A stretch of DNA of 63,424 nucleotides, filler included, from Lenisia limosa (GCA_001655205.1; 15 parts of 15 records of this genome joined end to end with filler, not necessarily neighbours in it); one strand, 5' to 3'. Positions 50,369 through 61,266 are shown, counted from the whole stretch's first letter. The notes: a model not told the origin generated them from the letters alone. Numbers and translations are program-made.

Positions 50369-51369
50369 TGATGGTGATCTAAGAGATCAGATCGCACTTT
50401 CAGATAGCCCACAACCCATAGTACCCACTTTATAATGAACTTATCTGTAAAGTGGGACACATGGTTTATTACTCTCTAAACATGTGTATTGTGTTTACGA
50501 TTAATATGGATTATGAGCTATTTCTGAACTCTATATAATATATTATATCAGGCTAACAATAAAGTGGGGTAATCTGGGGAGGTACGCAGAAAGCTGTGTG
50601 CACAGAGTTGTAAGGCAAATGATTGGGTGAAATACTATTTTACAACAATCCAATATCTCTTATAAGCGTGATTGTGTNNNNNNNNNNNNNNNNNNNNNNN
50701 NNNNNNNNNNNNNNNNNNNNNTTAATTAATTAANNNNNNNNNNNNNNNNNNNNNNNNNNNNNNNNNNNNNNNNNNNNAAGAACCATCTCTAAATACATGG
50801 GCTATTGAAAAATCAATTGGAAAATTTGAAATGAGATATATTGTCATGGGAACTCCATTTCAGACACTTTAGTTTCAAATTTTGTCAATTAATTTCTTCA
50901 AAAAATAATTGCACGGAGCCCTATAATTCAATACCATACAGAAATCATCTAAACCTGAGTCAATGTACTGGTATTGTTCAAAAGTGTATTGAGAAATCCC
51001 TTCTTTTTTCAAGCCAAAGTGAAGCACACAACCTATTCCCAGAAACACAGAGTATCCCCTTTTCCCTCTTGCCTCATCACCCCCCCCCCCNNNNNNNNNN
51101 NNNNNNNNNNNNNNNNNNNNNNNNNNNNNNNNNNNNNNNNNNNNNNNNNNNNNNNNNNNNNNNNNNNNNNNNNNNNNNNNNNNNNNNNNNNTCTTAATAT
51201 TTTTCACCATACAATTATATCAGCTTGATACATTTAGCAATAAGAAATATTGCCGAAGGCGTCCATACCATCACGCTTATAAGAGATATTGGATTATAGT
51301 ATCATATTAATTCACCCAATCATTTGCCTTACAACTATGAGCTTTCTGCGTGCCTCCCCAGCATACCTA

Positions 51370-51971
51370 CAAGGATTAGATTCATGAATAGAACAATAGC
51401 CCCTGTATAATAACCCAAGCAGGCCCTCCTAAATCCGTCTTATGCATAAGATTCAGGAGGTGCCAGATAGTTAGAATTGCAGACGTTAATTAACATCCAT
51501 TCAGCCTTTCAGTGACATTCCCTCACCGCAATAAGACCTGCAAAAACAATCAACACGATCAAGAAACGGAGGTATTAGAAAAGCCCAGGCCCACCACTTC
51601 AGCATGGAAGAGGACCACGGGGTAAGCAAGACCACTCAAGACAAGACTGCCGGTGATGAACTGTCCAACACCTTCGAGACCAGAGGGCTCTCCAGTCATT
51701 ACGTCGTTCCCATCAGAAGCAAACATGATATTCGGTAAGGGTGCCAGGAAATAGGCAATAACTGGTTAGAAAACACAAGAGAAGACAAGGGAAACACAAG
51801 GGAGACAAAAAAGAAACAAACCTACACCAATGAGTTCCCAACTGTTATAAAGGACGCATGATAAGATGTTAAGAACAACACCTGTAACCAATCCAGCTGC
51901 TAAACAAAGAATCCTAGACGTAGTTACGAGGAATATCAAAAGTCAAAAGCATACTGTCCTGCTCCGGGCAT
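51370..51971 (-). CDS. VPS55: Vps55 / leptin-receptor-overlapping-transcript (OB-RGRP) family protein; last exon uncertain
   Basis: MPGAGQ / ILCLAAGLVTGVVLNILSCVLYNSWELIGV / IAYFLAPLPNIMFASDGNDVMTGEPSGLEGVGQFITGSLVLSGLAYPVVLFHAE matches the Vps55 L.ILSC.LY, Y.LAP.PN and F.TG.LV.SG...P..L.H motifs. Confidence 0.8.
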
Positions 51972-53577
51972 TTTGAAATTATTCGGTTCAGTATTTAGAA
52001 GAAACAACAAATAAACAAGAATATATGCGTGAATATCAAGAGTAAAAACGTGTACGGATAAGTCTTCCCTGGACGCCGGCGGGTATATTTTCGGAGAATT
52101 AGTCCCCTGTCCCTTCTATATACATGAGACCCGGGGCGCCCCGGGAAACAGATAGTGGGAAAAGCCAAATATCGGTGAGAAAATAAATGCCAATATTTCA
52201 TGGGGATGTTATGATACATTAATGGAGTCAAAATGGAACAATGCGAACAATTGGAACAAAACGAAAATTAAGGAAGACTCATCTAGTGAGCATTAAAAAA
52301 CCGAACCGAAGGACACCTGGATGCGAAGCTAAAGTTGATCCGAGTTCTCTGCTCGCACAATGGACATAATTGCCCAGATTCCTAACTGGAGGTTTGTTTT
52401 AGTGCTAACGCGATTGTTGTGTCCGGAACTATCGGGCTGATGACATTCCTACACACTCATCAGGTTATTTTGTATATTCCAAGTCCTCTTCCTCTCTTCT
52501 TCTCACGTTTCAGGATAGAAAATGGTTCAGAAACTCCTGAAGGACAGGTTTGAGGGGCAAGTACTTCCTTGAAGGTCTAACCGCTGACTGACTCAGCTGG
52601 TTTCATCATTAGTCTGTAGTTCTTGCTTGGTTGACTCGATAGCGTCCTTTTTATTTTATTTTTGGGGACATTTAGCCTTGGTTTGGTTGTTATACGGAGT
52701 AAATATCCCGGCGTTGGCTTGTTTTGTGTTTTCTTGTTTCCTTTTTGACTAGCTTGAGGAGGGATTCACAACCTTAATACCGGTGCAAACAGCTGAGACA
52801 GAGATAAAATAATAATTGCAAATGAATGGGTGATTTAATATTTTACTATTATACAATATCTCTGATAAGCATGGTGGTGTGAACAGCTTCGGCCAGATAT
52901 CATCCAATATCTGTTATAAGCGTGATGGACCGCTTCGGCCAGATATAAATCATCCCACCAATGTTCCATTGCAAAGTCCGCTTCCGCATCAATGTCCACT
53001 TCTGCTCTGCTAGTGCCTGGTCATATATATATGATGAGAAATAAGGTTGTATTTGTACGAAGCCGTCCACACCATCTCATAAGTAGTATTGGAGTATAGT
53101 CTTTCGGCCGGATACTACCTTTTTTTATTTCTCATTGCAATATATAATATTGGAGTATAGTATATCTTCACCTAATCATTAGCCGTACTCTGTCACAGCA
53201 AGATGGTTGCGTATGATGAATTATTGTGTGATACCACATCTTTATATCATAAACAACTCCATTCCGTGTAGCATTTCAGGCATTTACTTGTTAANNNNNN
53301 NNNNNNNNNNNNNNNNNNNNNNNNNNNNNNNNNNNNNNTTAATTAATTAANNNNNNNNNNNNNNNNNNNNNNNNNNNNNNNNNNNNNNNNNNNNGTGCAA
53401 GGTCCAACCCCTGCCGCCGGTCGCGCCAACCTCAATTCATGACGTGGGTGGTGGAATAAACTACTTCAATTCATGGCGGGAGGGGTGGAATAAGCTACTT
53501 CAATTTATGACGGAAGGGGTATGAGAAATATAAGTGAAGGGGTATTTTGCTTCTTCTCCGTTTCTCATGATATGTAG

Positions 53578-54557
53578 TACGGAGTGCCTATTTATGAAGT
53601 GCCTGAGTTCCAAAAACGCCCCTTAGGCCCTGGCGAGATCAAGGTTTGGGCTAGTTGATACTCTCATGGTAGGGACTCTCTTTACAATGATAATGACTCT
53701 GTTTGTATGTGATGATTGTAACCGTCTTTATTATGATGATAATGACAATCGGGCTGCTTTATGAGGACCATTTACGATCTGATATTCTCTTTATTTATTG
53801 ATTGTTTTTTTGAGGGCTTGAAAAGACAAAATACAAGCAATACCATCAAAATAAATCAACATGAAATTACCTCACTCACCTTTTTCCTTCATTTGACTGA
53901 TGGAATGCGAGCCTGGGCTTTGTTTGTTTTGTTGTTCTCAACCCTTGTGTGTTGTCAGTCAACAGAGTTGATTTGGGTTTTTTTTTGTTTTTTTTTGATA
54001 GATTTTCCAATTTTACTCCCCCGCAGACATTCCTCCGTTTTCTTTTAACACACAGGTTGACATGCGGCACCCTACGAACATGGGCGGAATTGGCTTTGGT
54101 GGTAATAAGCCGGAAGAGGTACACGGGGGGAGGGTGACAAGATTGAGAAGAGGGGGGAGTAATACACCATTCACACTTTCAGATTATCCAAGCAACCGAC
54201 AGCTTCCGGGAAAGGACTCGGAAGGGAACTTTGAACAGAATAAGAGCGGCAGGGCTTAACCTTGATGAATAAAACCAAAAACTATCCTGCGTGGTGTGCT
54301 TGAGGCTTTCTTTAAATTGGAAGGGAGGAAATAACTGCATATTTATCACGATCGATTATCTGAAGGGTGTCTGATTATCTTTCAAGACTGACCACGGTCA
54401 CTGTAAATGAAGAAACTTTGGCTCGGGCAAGACGTGTGTTGTGTGTCACCCCATTTTTAGACGCTGAAATTTCTTGCTTTCAACTTTGAGGCCTTCTGGA
54501 GGACGTCTAACCTACTGGAGCAGACTTCCAGATGTCCTTTAGACGAAAATATTTCGG
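53578..54557 (+). CDS. Unknown spliced gene (weak BTB/BACK-like helices)
   Basis: Exons YGVPIYEVPEFQKRPLGPGEIK, 54027- (phase ambiguous), IIQATDSFRERTRKGTLNRIRAAG and TLKFLAFNFEAFWRTSNLLEQ. Confidence 0.35.
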
Positions 54558-54656
54558 TAGATTTTGGAGACATGTTGTTTCGGGCCAACCAGCGACGATG
54601 AAGGGTACCCGAAAATTTTTACGGACATTTTGGGGTATAAACCCTGGTACTGTAGG

Positions 54657-54745
54657 TAAGGCTTCACTTCGGTTCGGGAAAATATCGATAGTTTTCGAGG
54701 ATTTATCAAGAAATTCAGTCTTTTTCGAACCGAAGTAAAGCCCTA
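54657..54745. mobile_element. Family C MITE with perfect 8-bp TSD
   Basis: ACTGTAGG|TAAGGCTTCACTTCGGTTCG...CGAACCGAAGTAAAGCCCTA|ACTGTAGG. Confidence 0.9.
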
Positions 54746-55626
54746 ACTGTAGGAAAACAAAGGGTGAATTTGTCTGACGGGTCGTGATGGTGTTGTATTA
54801 CATACTATCATATATTATATCATATGAATAAAATTACGTTTCTATTAGTTTTGATGGAGTGAAAATGACGAAATACAAACGTTCATTCAAACACACTAAC
54901 ATTTTCCTTTGAGGTATATTTAATAAATAGAAAAGAAACCCTTGCTCACACAGCAATAAACATCACACGAAGAAATTTGCCCAACCAATCAAGTAAAATA
55001 AAATGTCAAGACGTGTTCACACACAAACTACCACAACACTTTAGTCATAGTCTTTGATTAGCTGTTCCACTTCTCGAATCGCAGCTGAGAGGTGAAGGGG
55101 GGGGGGGGNNNNNNNNNNNNNNNNNNNNNNNNNNNNNNNNNNNNNNNNNNNNNNNNNNNNNNNNNNNNNNNNNNNNNNNNNNACCGAATAATCTGAAACT
55201 CCAAACAAACAAAAACAAAAAAACAGGCATCAACAAACACGAGCAACCAACGCTAAAACTAGACAAAAGTCAGATGACAAAAACACAAAAACAAAAACAA
55301 GCCCGAGCCAGCCTTTGAAGAGTCCCACCANNNNNNNNNNNNNNNNNNNNNNNNNNNNNNNNNNNNNNNNNNNNTTAATTAATTAANNNNNNNNNNNNNN
55401 NNNNNNNNNNNNNNNNNNNNNNNNNNNNNNTGTTGTTATCAACCCTTGTGTGTTGTCAGCCAACAGAGTTTATTTTGGGCTTTTTTTTTATAATAACAGT
55501 ACCTAACACCGCACCCCAGCCGTTAAATTCCCCATTGTCACACATACCCTTGCCCGTAGAACAGAGTTGATTTTGGGTTTTTTTGTTTCATAATTTATCC
55601 AATTTGACGCCCCCCCCCCCCAATAG

Positions 55627-57160
55627 GTATCGAGCCCAAATCTCTATCAGTCTTGGATGACCACTCCGAAGTGTTTGTGATCGGAGAGAACTTCCCCACT
55701 GGCGAGTACAGGTTTGACCCCGCTCTGATAGAGAAAATATGTCTTATAGAGAAAGAGAAAATATACCTTTTTGAGAAAGAGAAAATTTGCATTAGATAGC
55801 TAGTAAGAAACTGTAAGCCGTCGATCTAGAGAGACGACATTCCTGATAGAAAATATGCCTTGTATAGTAAGAATGTATGCCTGATATTGAAAACATGCCT
55901 GCCATAGAGAAAGAAAATGAGAAAAAAATGCTTTAGGCAGGCTTTGGCAGACCACCAAAAACAGAGTTGATTTTGGTCTGTTTTGTTTAATTGTCTAGCT
56001 GCTGCATAGAAGGAGGCTGTTTGCCTGGCACGCGGCTCTCGCTGCTTCGAATCGAATGTCTTCTTCCAACCAACTGGCGGAACTTCCTCCAGCCTGACCT
56101 CACTTTGGTTGCTCCTTTCATTAACTTCACACTACCGCTGAATATCGAAAGTATGAGAATTATGCTATAATCCAATGTCTCTGATAAGCGTGATGGTGTG
56201 GCCGGCTTCGGTCAGATAAAACCTTGTTTATATCTCATGGCTCTTCAATATCATATGATATGGAATCGATTGATTCAGTGTTTGTTTTTATTATCATCAT
56301 TACATCTATTTTTCAACTCCCAGGAACCCTGAGACTCGAGTTCAACGCTCCACTCCCTACCGAAACAACCAACTTACGCCCCCTGTCTCCTGCTATCTGG
56401 ATTACTGTGGGAGGATATCATGTATTATATGGATAACTATGGACTATATAGTATATGATATTTAAGGCTTCCCTACGGTCCCCAAAAACCGAATCTCTCG
56501 AAAAATTCTCGGTAAATATCGATATTGTGACGGTCTTTTTTCGGACCGCAGGGAAGCCCTAATGATAAGATATGTAATAATGGATAAATGGAGTATGGAT
56601 AACAGTGTAGTATTTGTTTTTGTTTTTTCTTGGGGGTGGGGGGGATTGCTATTGCCTGTCACTGTGTNNNNNNNNNNNNNNNNNNNTAAAATGTAGAACT
56701 GTGTAGGGGTATCTATTCAAATTTACAGTTATGGAGAGTGGTGAATCTAATAAAAACATGGTTTTACATTGTAGGTTTATGACCAAATCCTTGGGGTACC
56801 TTATTCCTCAGAAGGGATGACTCTCCATGTAAGAAGGGTTTTTTATTATTTTATTATTTATGAAGTGTATTTTTACACGATGAGAAAGACAAAAAAAAAG
56901 ACAAAATTACTCGATAAATCTTCGAAAACTGTCGATATTTTACCTTGTCTTTTCAGACCGAAGTGAAACAATCATTTGATGCAATTTTGCTGTATTTCAA
57001 CCCTGTTTTTCTGAAACCGACAGAAAGCCTCACTCCCACCCCCAGGTTTCTATTTCTCCATCAGTTTCAGAATCTTCGGGGACAACAGTGGTGGTTGAAA
57101 ACGGACAGGCTCATTTCAAGGATCTCAAGATCTTTGGCGAACCAGGAGCGCAGTACCTGT
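55627..57160 (+). CDS. Extracellular beta-sandwich (IPT/TIG-like) region of a large surface protein, partial
   Basis: Exons IEPKSLSVLDDHSEVFVIGENFPTGEYR / GGCLPGTRLSLLRIECLLPTNW.. / TLRLEFNAPLP.. / SGTTVVVENGQAHFKDLKIFGEPGAQYL. The I.P.S....V.V.G.NF, IEC.LP and G.A.F.DL.I.G.PG..Y.L patterns are typical of protist adhesin-like proteins. Confidence 0.55.
56463..56561. mobile_element. Family C' MITE (TAGGGCTTCCCTACGGTCC termini)
   Basis: TAAGGCTTCCCTACGGTCC...GGACCGCAGGGAAGCCCTA; flanks ATGATATT/ATGATAAG (6/8). Partial copies at ~24500-24590, 30130-30153 and 47510-47540. Confidence 0.8.
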
Positions 57161-57896
57161 NNNNNNNNNNNNNNNNNNNNNNNNNNNNNNNNNNNNNNNN
57201 NNNNTTAATTAATTAANNNNNNNNNNNNNNNNNNNNNNNNNNNNNNNNNNNNNNNNNNNNGACAATCTGACGACTAGGATTTGGATAGCGTTTGACATTG
57301 TGACCATCTGGTTTGAGAGTGTGTGGTCTGAGTTACCAGGGACTCTTTCGGGTTGGGCCTTGGGGGGCGGTCTTTTTCCTCGGGAGGTTTGATCCCGGGC
57401 TTTTTACTTTGTCCTTGGGCCTGGGTTATGTCTTTTTTTTGTAACTCTTGGGGGCTATCGTTCTTTTTGACTCTATTAGGTTGGCTGCTTGTGGTGGTGT
57501 CAGGCCGTTTTTGGGGATTGAACATGATTTGACCACTCACTTACAATTATATTTTTCCAGAAGTCAACAGATGAGCCAATTAAATGGTAAACAATGCATA
57601 TGTCAACCTTCCAAGAGTTTACGTAGCTTAAGATTATCAATATCAAAAGGATAGTGGAAGACAGCAGGGTGATCACGAATAAGAGCAAACACTTGTCGGA
57701 AATGGCTGTGTATTTTGGTATTATGGGTAAAGTCTATTCTCCCTTCTTCTGTGACTTTCTTTGTCAGGCGTACTTTTTGTTAAATATAGTCTTTCTCAAC
57801 TATAAATTGCGGATACCTTTATGAAATCAGAGACCATGAAATGTTCTATTAATTGAAATCAGAAATAAATAGAAACACAAACATAAGAAAAATCTA

Positions 57897-59520
57897 CCAC
57901 TAAGCCATCCTCGTCATCCTTCTTGTCCAACAACGGTAGGTACCGAACTCGGCCTCCAGCTTGACACGCTTCTCGGCGTCAACGATCAGATTGGTCTTGC
58001 TGATGTCGAGTACTTATTGAGAAGGGGATACTCGTTGACGTCAGGGTCATCGTTGAAAGCGAACTTAGCCTCAGCAAGAAGACCAAGGGTCTCAAGGTCG
58101 ATGTAGTCGGAAGTCAAAAAAGTCATTTTGAGGGGGAGGGGTTTGGAAAAGAAAACTGAAGATTACCAGGATGGGTGTGTTTATGAGGTGTTAGGAAAGA
58201 CAAGAAAACAATCGGAGAAGTCCAGAAATAATAATAATAAAAAATCAACAACGTTAGACATAAAACGCCAAACCAGGTCGTCGAAAGGGATGTTGTAAGC
58301 CTCAAGAGCGTCGTGATTGTTGATATAAGTGAATTTGTATCTTTCATTATTATTGCCTTAACAAATAAGTCAAGAAAAACAGTATGTAACCTCAAACACA
58401 CGTTGATGGCACCATCACGTGATGCAAGTAGATTCGGGTCTTCAATGACCAGAGGCATTGCAGCAATACGCTCAAAAATGTTACAGCAGACCTCATTCAA
58501 TAATCTGAACATTCTTGCATTTTTCATCATTAAATAACAAAATTCATATCCCACTCTGTTGGCGCGGTTCTCTCAAGAATACTCTAACCTGAGTCTGGGG
58601 GTCTTTGAGCTTGCGGAGAGGGTCGTACTCAGGGACGAAGACACCTTCATGCATATTCAGGTTTTTCACCCGCTTCCGCTTGGCACAAGTGTTCTTGTAG
58701 ATGGCTGCTTCGGTGAGCTTGGTCTTGCGCTTATCACGTGCGTCAAAGATTTGGGAGTCTGCTTAATTTTTTAACACTTTTATTCAATGATTGTTCTGGG
58801 GTGTACAAATGTAATATTTTGAGTTTAATCGTTTACGTGTGATTATTAGCTGAATTCCTTTATAGGGCACAATAATGTCTCTGTTTTACACCACTTTATG
58901 AAATCATCTACATTAATGGAATTAGCACTTTCTATGGGTGATTTTAGACTTGAAAACTATACGATTTAACCAATATTTCAGGAATAGTTAATACCTGTGC
59001 ATATTTCTTGCAATGTTCCATGGAAAAGCGGGCGAAATTCAAAAAAAACATTGTTTTCGCAATTTAAGTGGACTCCGGCTTTAAAGTTGAGATCGACATT
59101 CAAGTTTAACTTTAATATTCATTCCAACAACAACAAAAAAACTCATTGATTTTAAACCGACATACTGGCTCCAAGACGAATGAAAAATCACAACCGATGG
59201 TAAATTGGGTGGAAACGAAGTGGACCACAACACGCAGACCGACCCTGGTGAGCGAAAAGAGACGGAAGGCAAGAAGCTGCACAAACAATAAATATTGAAA
59301 ACATACTTGTAGAAGGGAATTGAAGTATTCATGTCAAAGCTACAATGTAACAAAATGACAGTCATCACTTGTTAGGGACCATATCTTCTCGACAAGAATG
59401 GTGTCGTGCAAGCTTTTGCAATCCGGGACGTCAAGACAAATGACGAAACTGTTTACACCGTCCTCAGACGAGAAGCTCAGGTTGTATTTTCACCTTTTGA
59501 TGTCAAATGGCTTACAGGGT
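57897..59520 (-). CDS. Unknown spliced gene, one apparent frameshift
   Basis: Exons ..DSQIFDARDKRKTKLTEAAIYKNTCAKRKRVKNLNMHEGVFVPEYDPLRKLKDPQTQ / LLNEVCCNIFERIAAMPLVIEDPNLLASRDGAINVCLR / NNHDALEAYNIPFDDL / NDFLTSDYIDLETLGLLAEAKFAFNDDPDVNEYPLLNKY^DISKTNLIVDAEKRVKLEAEF. Codon use is like the other genes. Confidence 0.5.
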
Positions 59521-60181
59521 GCAGAGGTTCATGGTGACAGATTTTTTGTTCACTGTTGTGTTGTTGTTGCTACTATTTTTTAGAATGAGGTTCCCAAGAA
59601 ACTGTTCCTTCTATTCAGAAGCGACTTGTGGTTTTGATTTTTTTTACAGTATTGTGCTCTAAAGTGTCTCACGTCAACATTTGCGGATCTTCGTTATCAT
59701 GTCCCAAGCCTTTCGCGATCCTTGATTTTGATGCTCTTCAACCACGATCAAGTAAACTCTTGGAAAGTTGATACATGCATTATTGACAATTAAACTGGGA
59801 ATGAATAATGGAAGAAACGCGTGTACCCAACATGGAACCACCACCTTAATAACTAATCGAGATAATGTGTAAAAAAGTTTTATATTTTTTATATTTATTG
59901 AAAAACAATTGATTTGAAATCTTAATAGGGTGACCTTTTGTTAAAAAAAAAAAAATTCATGTAGTTTCCCAATTTTTTTGCTATTTCAAACTGCCCTTTT
60001 TGGTTTTTATAATATTTTTTGAGAAAAACTCTTTTTAGTCTGTGTCATCCTTGAGATACAAGTTTTCTTCATATTTTCACTTAAATATGAGGAAATATTC
60101 CTCCAAAGTTACCACATTGTCAAGGGCACAATTTGCGGTGTGTCGTGTTGGCTTGAATCCGGTTAAAATTTGTATAATTAT

Positions 60182-60769
60182 GCCGTTTTCCAATAAGAGA
60201 ACAACCCCAAGCACACAGCAAAGGTGAGCATATTGCATTTATTGTTACAAAAGAGTTCTCTGGTTTATTGTAACTGTTCCAGGTGTGTAAGAAGTATTTT
60301 AAAGAATCTGCTGATTCCCGATGGAATGGCCATAGCCAAAGTCTTGACCTGAACCCCATCGCTGCGTGGCAGCTTCTTGACTCAAACCTTCGTGCTTCTG
60401 GGGTGAAACCCACATCAGAGTCTGATATGATGGAAAAGTTACAAGCCGCTTGGGATAAGATAACCGCCAGCGAGACTCAGAACCTCATATGCATATTTAT
60501 ATCATCTATGGGAAGACGTTGTCAGGCCGTTATCGATGCAAATGGAGGACCAACTAAAGATAAGTGTTTTTGATGGTTTTGACATGGCGAATTTGTATTT
60601 TCAAAAATTGGCCCTGGGCTTACTATAAACAGTTAACTTTTGGTGGAATTGAGTAGAAACTCAAATAAAACAACTTTTCTACGCAAAATGGTTACTTTTC
60701 AACTGAAAACGGTTGGAATTGCGGAAAGTTATTTAAAAAATATTATGCCAATGATTATCTCGGGTACTG
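60182..60769 (+). mobile_element. Tc1-family transposase relic with a spliceosomal intron and right-hand end
   Basis: AVFQ*ENNPKHTAK (cf. FQQDNDPKHT) | intron 60224-60282 (GTGAGC..TTCCAG) | VCKKYFKE..WNGHSQSLDLNPIAAW..LQAAWDKI..SSMGRRCQAVIDANGGPTK (cf. WPSQSPDLNPIE..SMPRRCQAVI.AKGG.TKY). Element ends ..TCTCGGGTACTG|TA. Premature stop, and no catalytic E after NPI. Confidence 0.88.
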
Positions 60770-61266
60770 TATAGATATAATATATGCTCCCAGACCAAAA
60801 CTGTGACGGTTATGATTAATAATTTGCTTTCGTTTCCCATTTTAAAAAAAGTTATTCCGGCCTGCAAAAAATCACTTTCTGTAAACAAATGTTGGAAAAA
60901 TATAGTTTAATATTTACAGATTTAAGTAAAACAATCATACAGTAGAGTCAAAAATGATATATTAAAGAAACAATTACTGCTTTTTGGCCTTTTTCTTCTT
61001 CATCTTGGCAATCTCATGCGAATTGGGACGTACGACTCCACCCTGGTTTTGTGCCGCCTAGTTCTTGCGATCTGCCTTAAGCTCGCTTTCACTCGCAATT
61101 ACCTGAAGATAACACAATTATCAGTTACAGCCAACCAACTTGCCCTGGATGGATCACTGCTACCTGCTCGCCACGATCAAGCACAAAGAATTGAACAGGT
61201 TTTAGCACCAAGTCACAGGCTGGCCCAACAGCAAAAATATGCTTCATTGCAACTCCACAGTAATCA

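Noticed and set aside
1038-55266. ORF-track entries spanning X runs or built from repeat families A, B and C
   Set aside because: They are open only because N gaps or repeats lack stops (for example repeated FSRNSVFFEPK and FINFPILPPP peptides).
56175-56230. Hammerhead ribozyme in family E (CTGATAAG.. variant)
   Set aside because: The CUGANGA and GAAA core is not present in the consensus; most copies read CTTATAAG.
3435-57216. Recurring palindromic TTAATTAATTAA as a biological motif
   Set aside because: Always centred in N runs; a synthetic six-frame-stop linker. Cross-linker gene neighbourhoods were therefore ignored.
58390-58760. Resemblance of the unknown minus-strand gene to RNA polymerase alpha/RPB3-type subunits
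   Set aside because: Similarity was impressionistic; the diagnostic motifs are absent.
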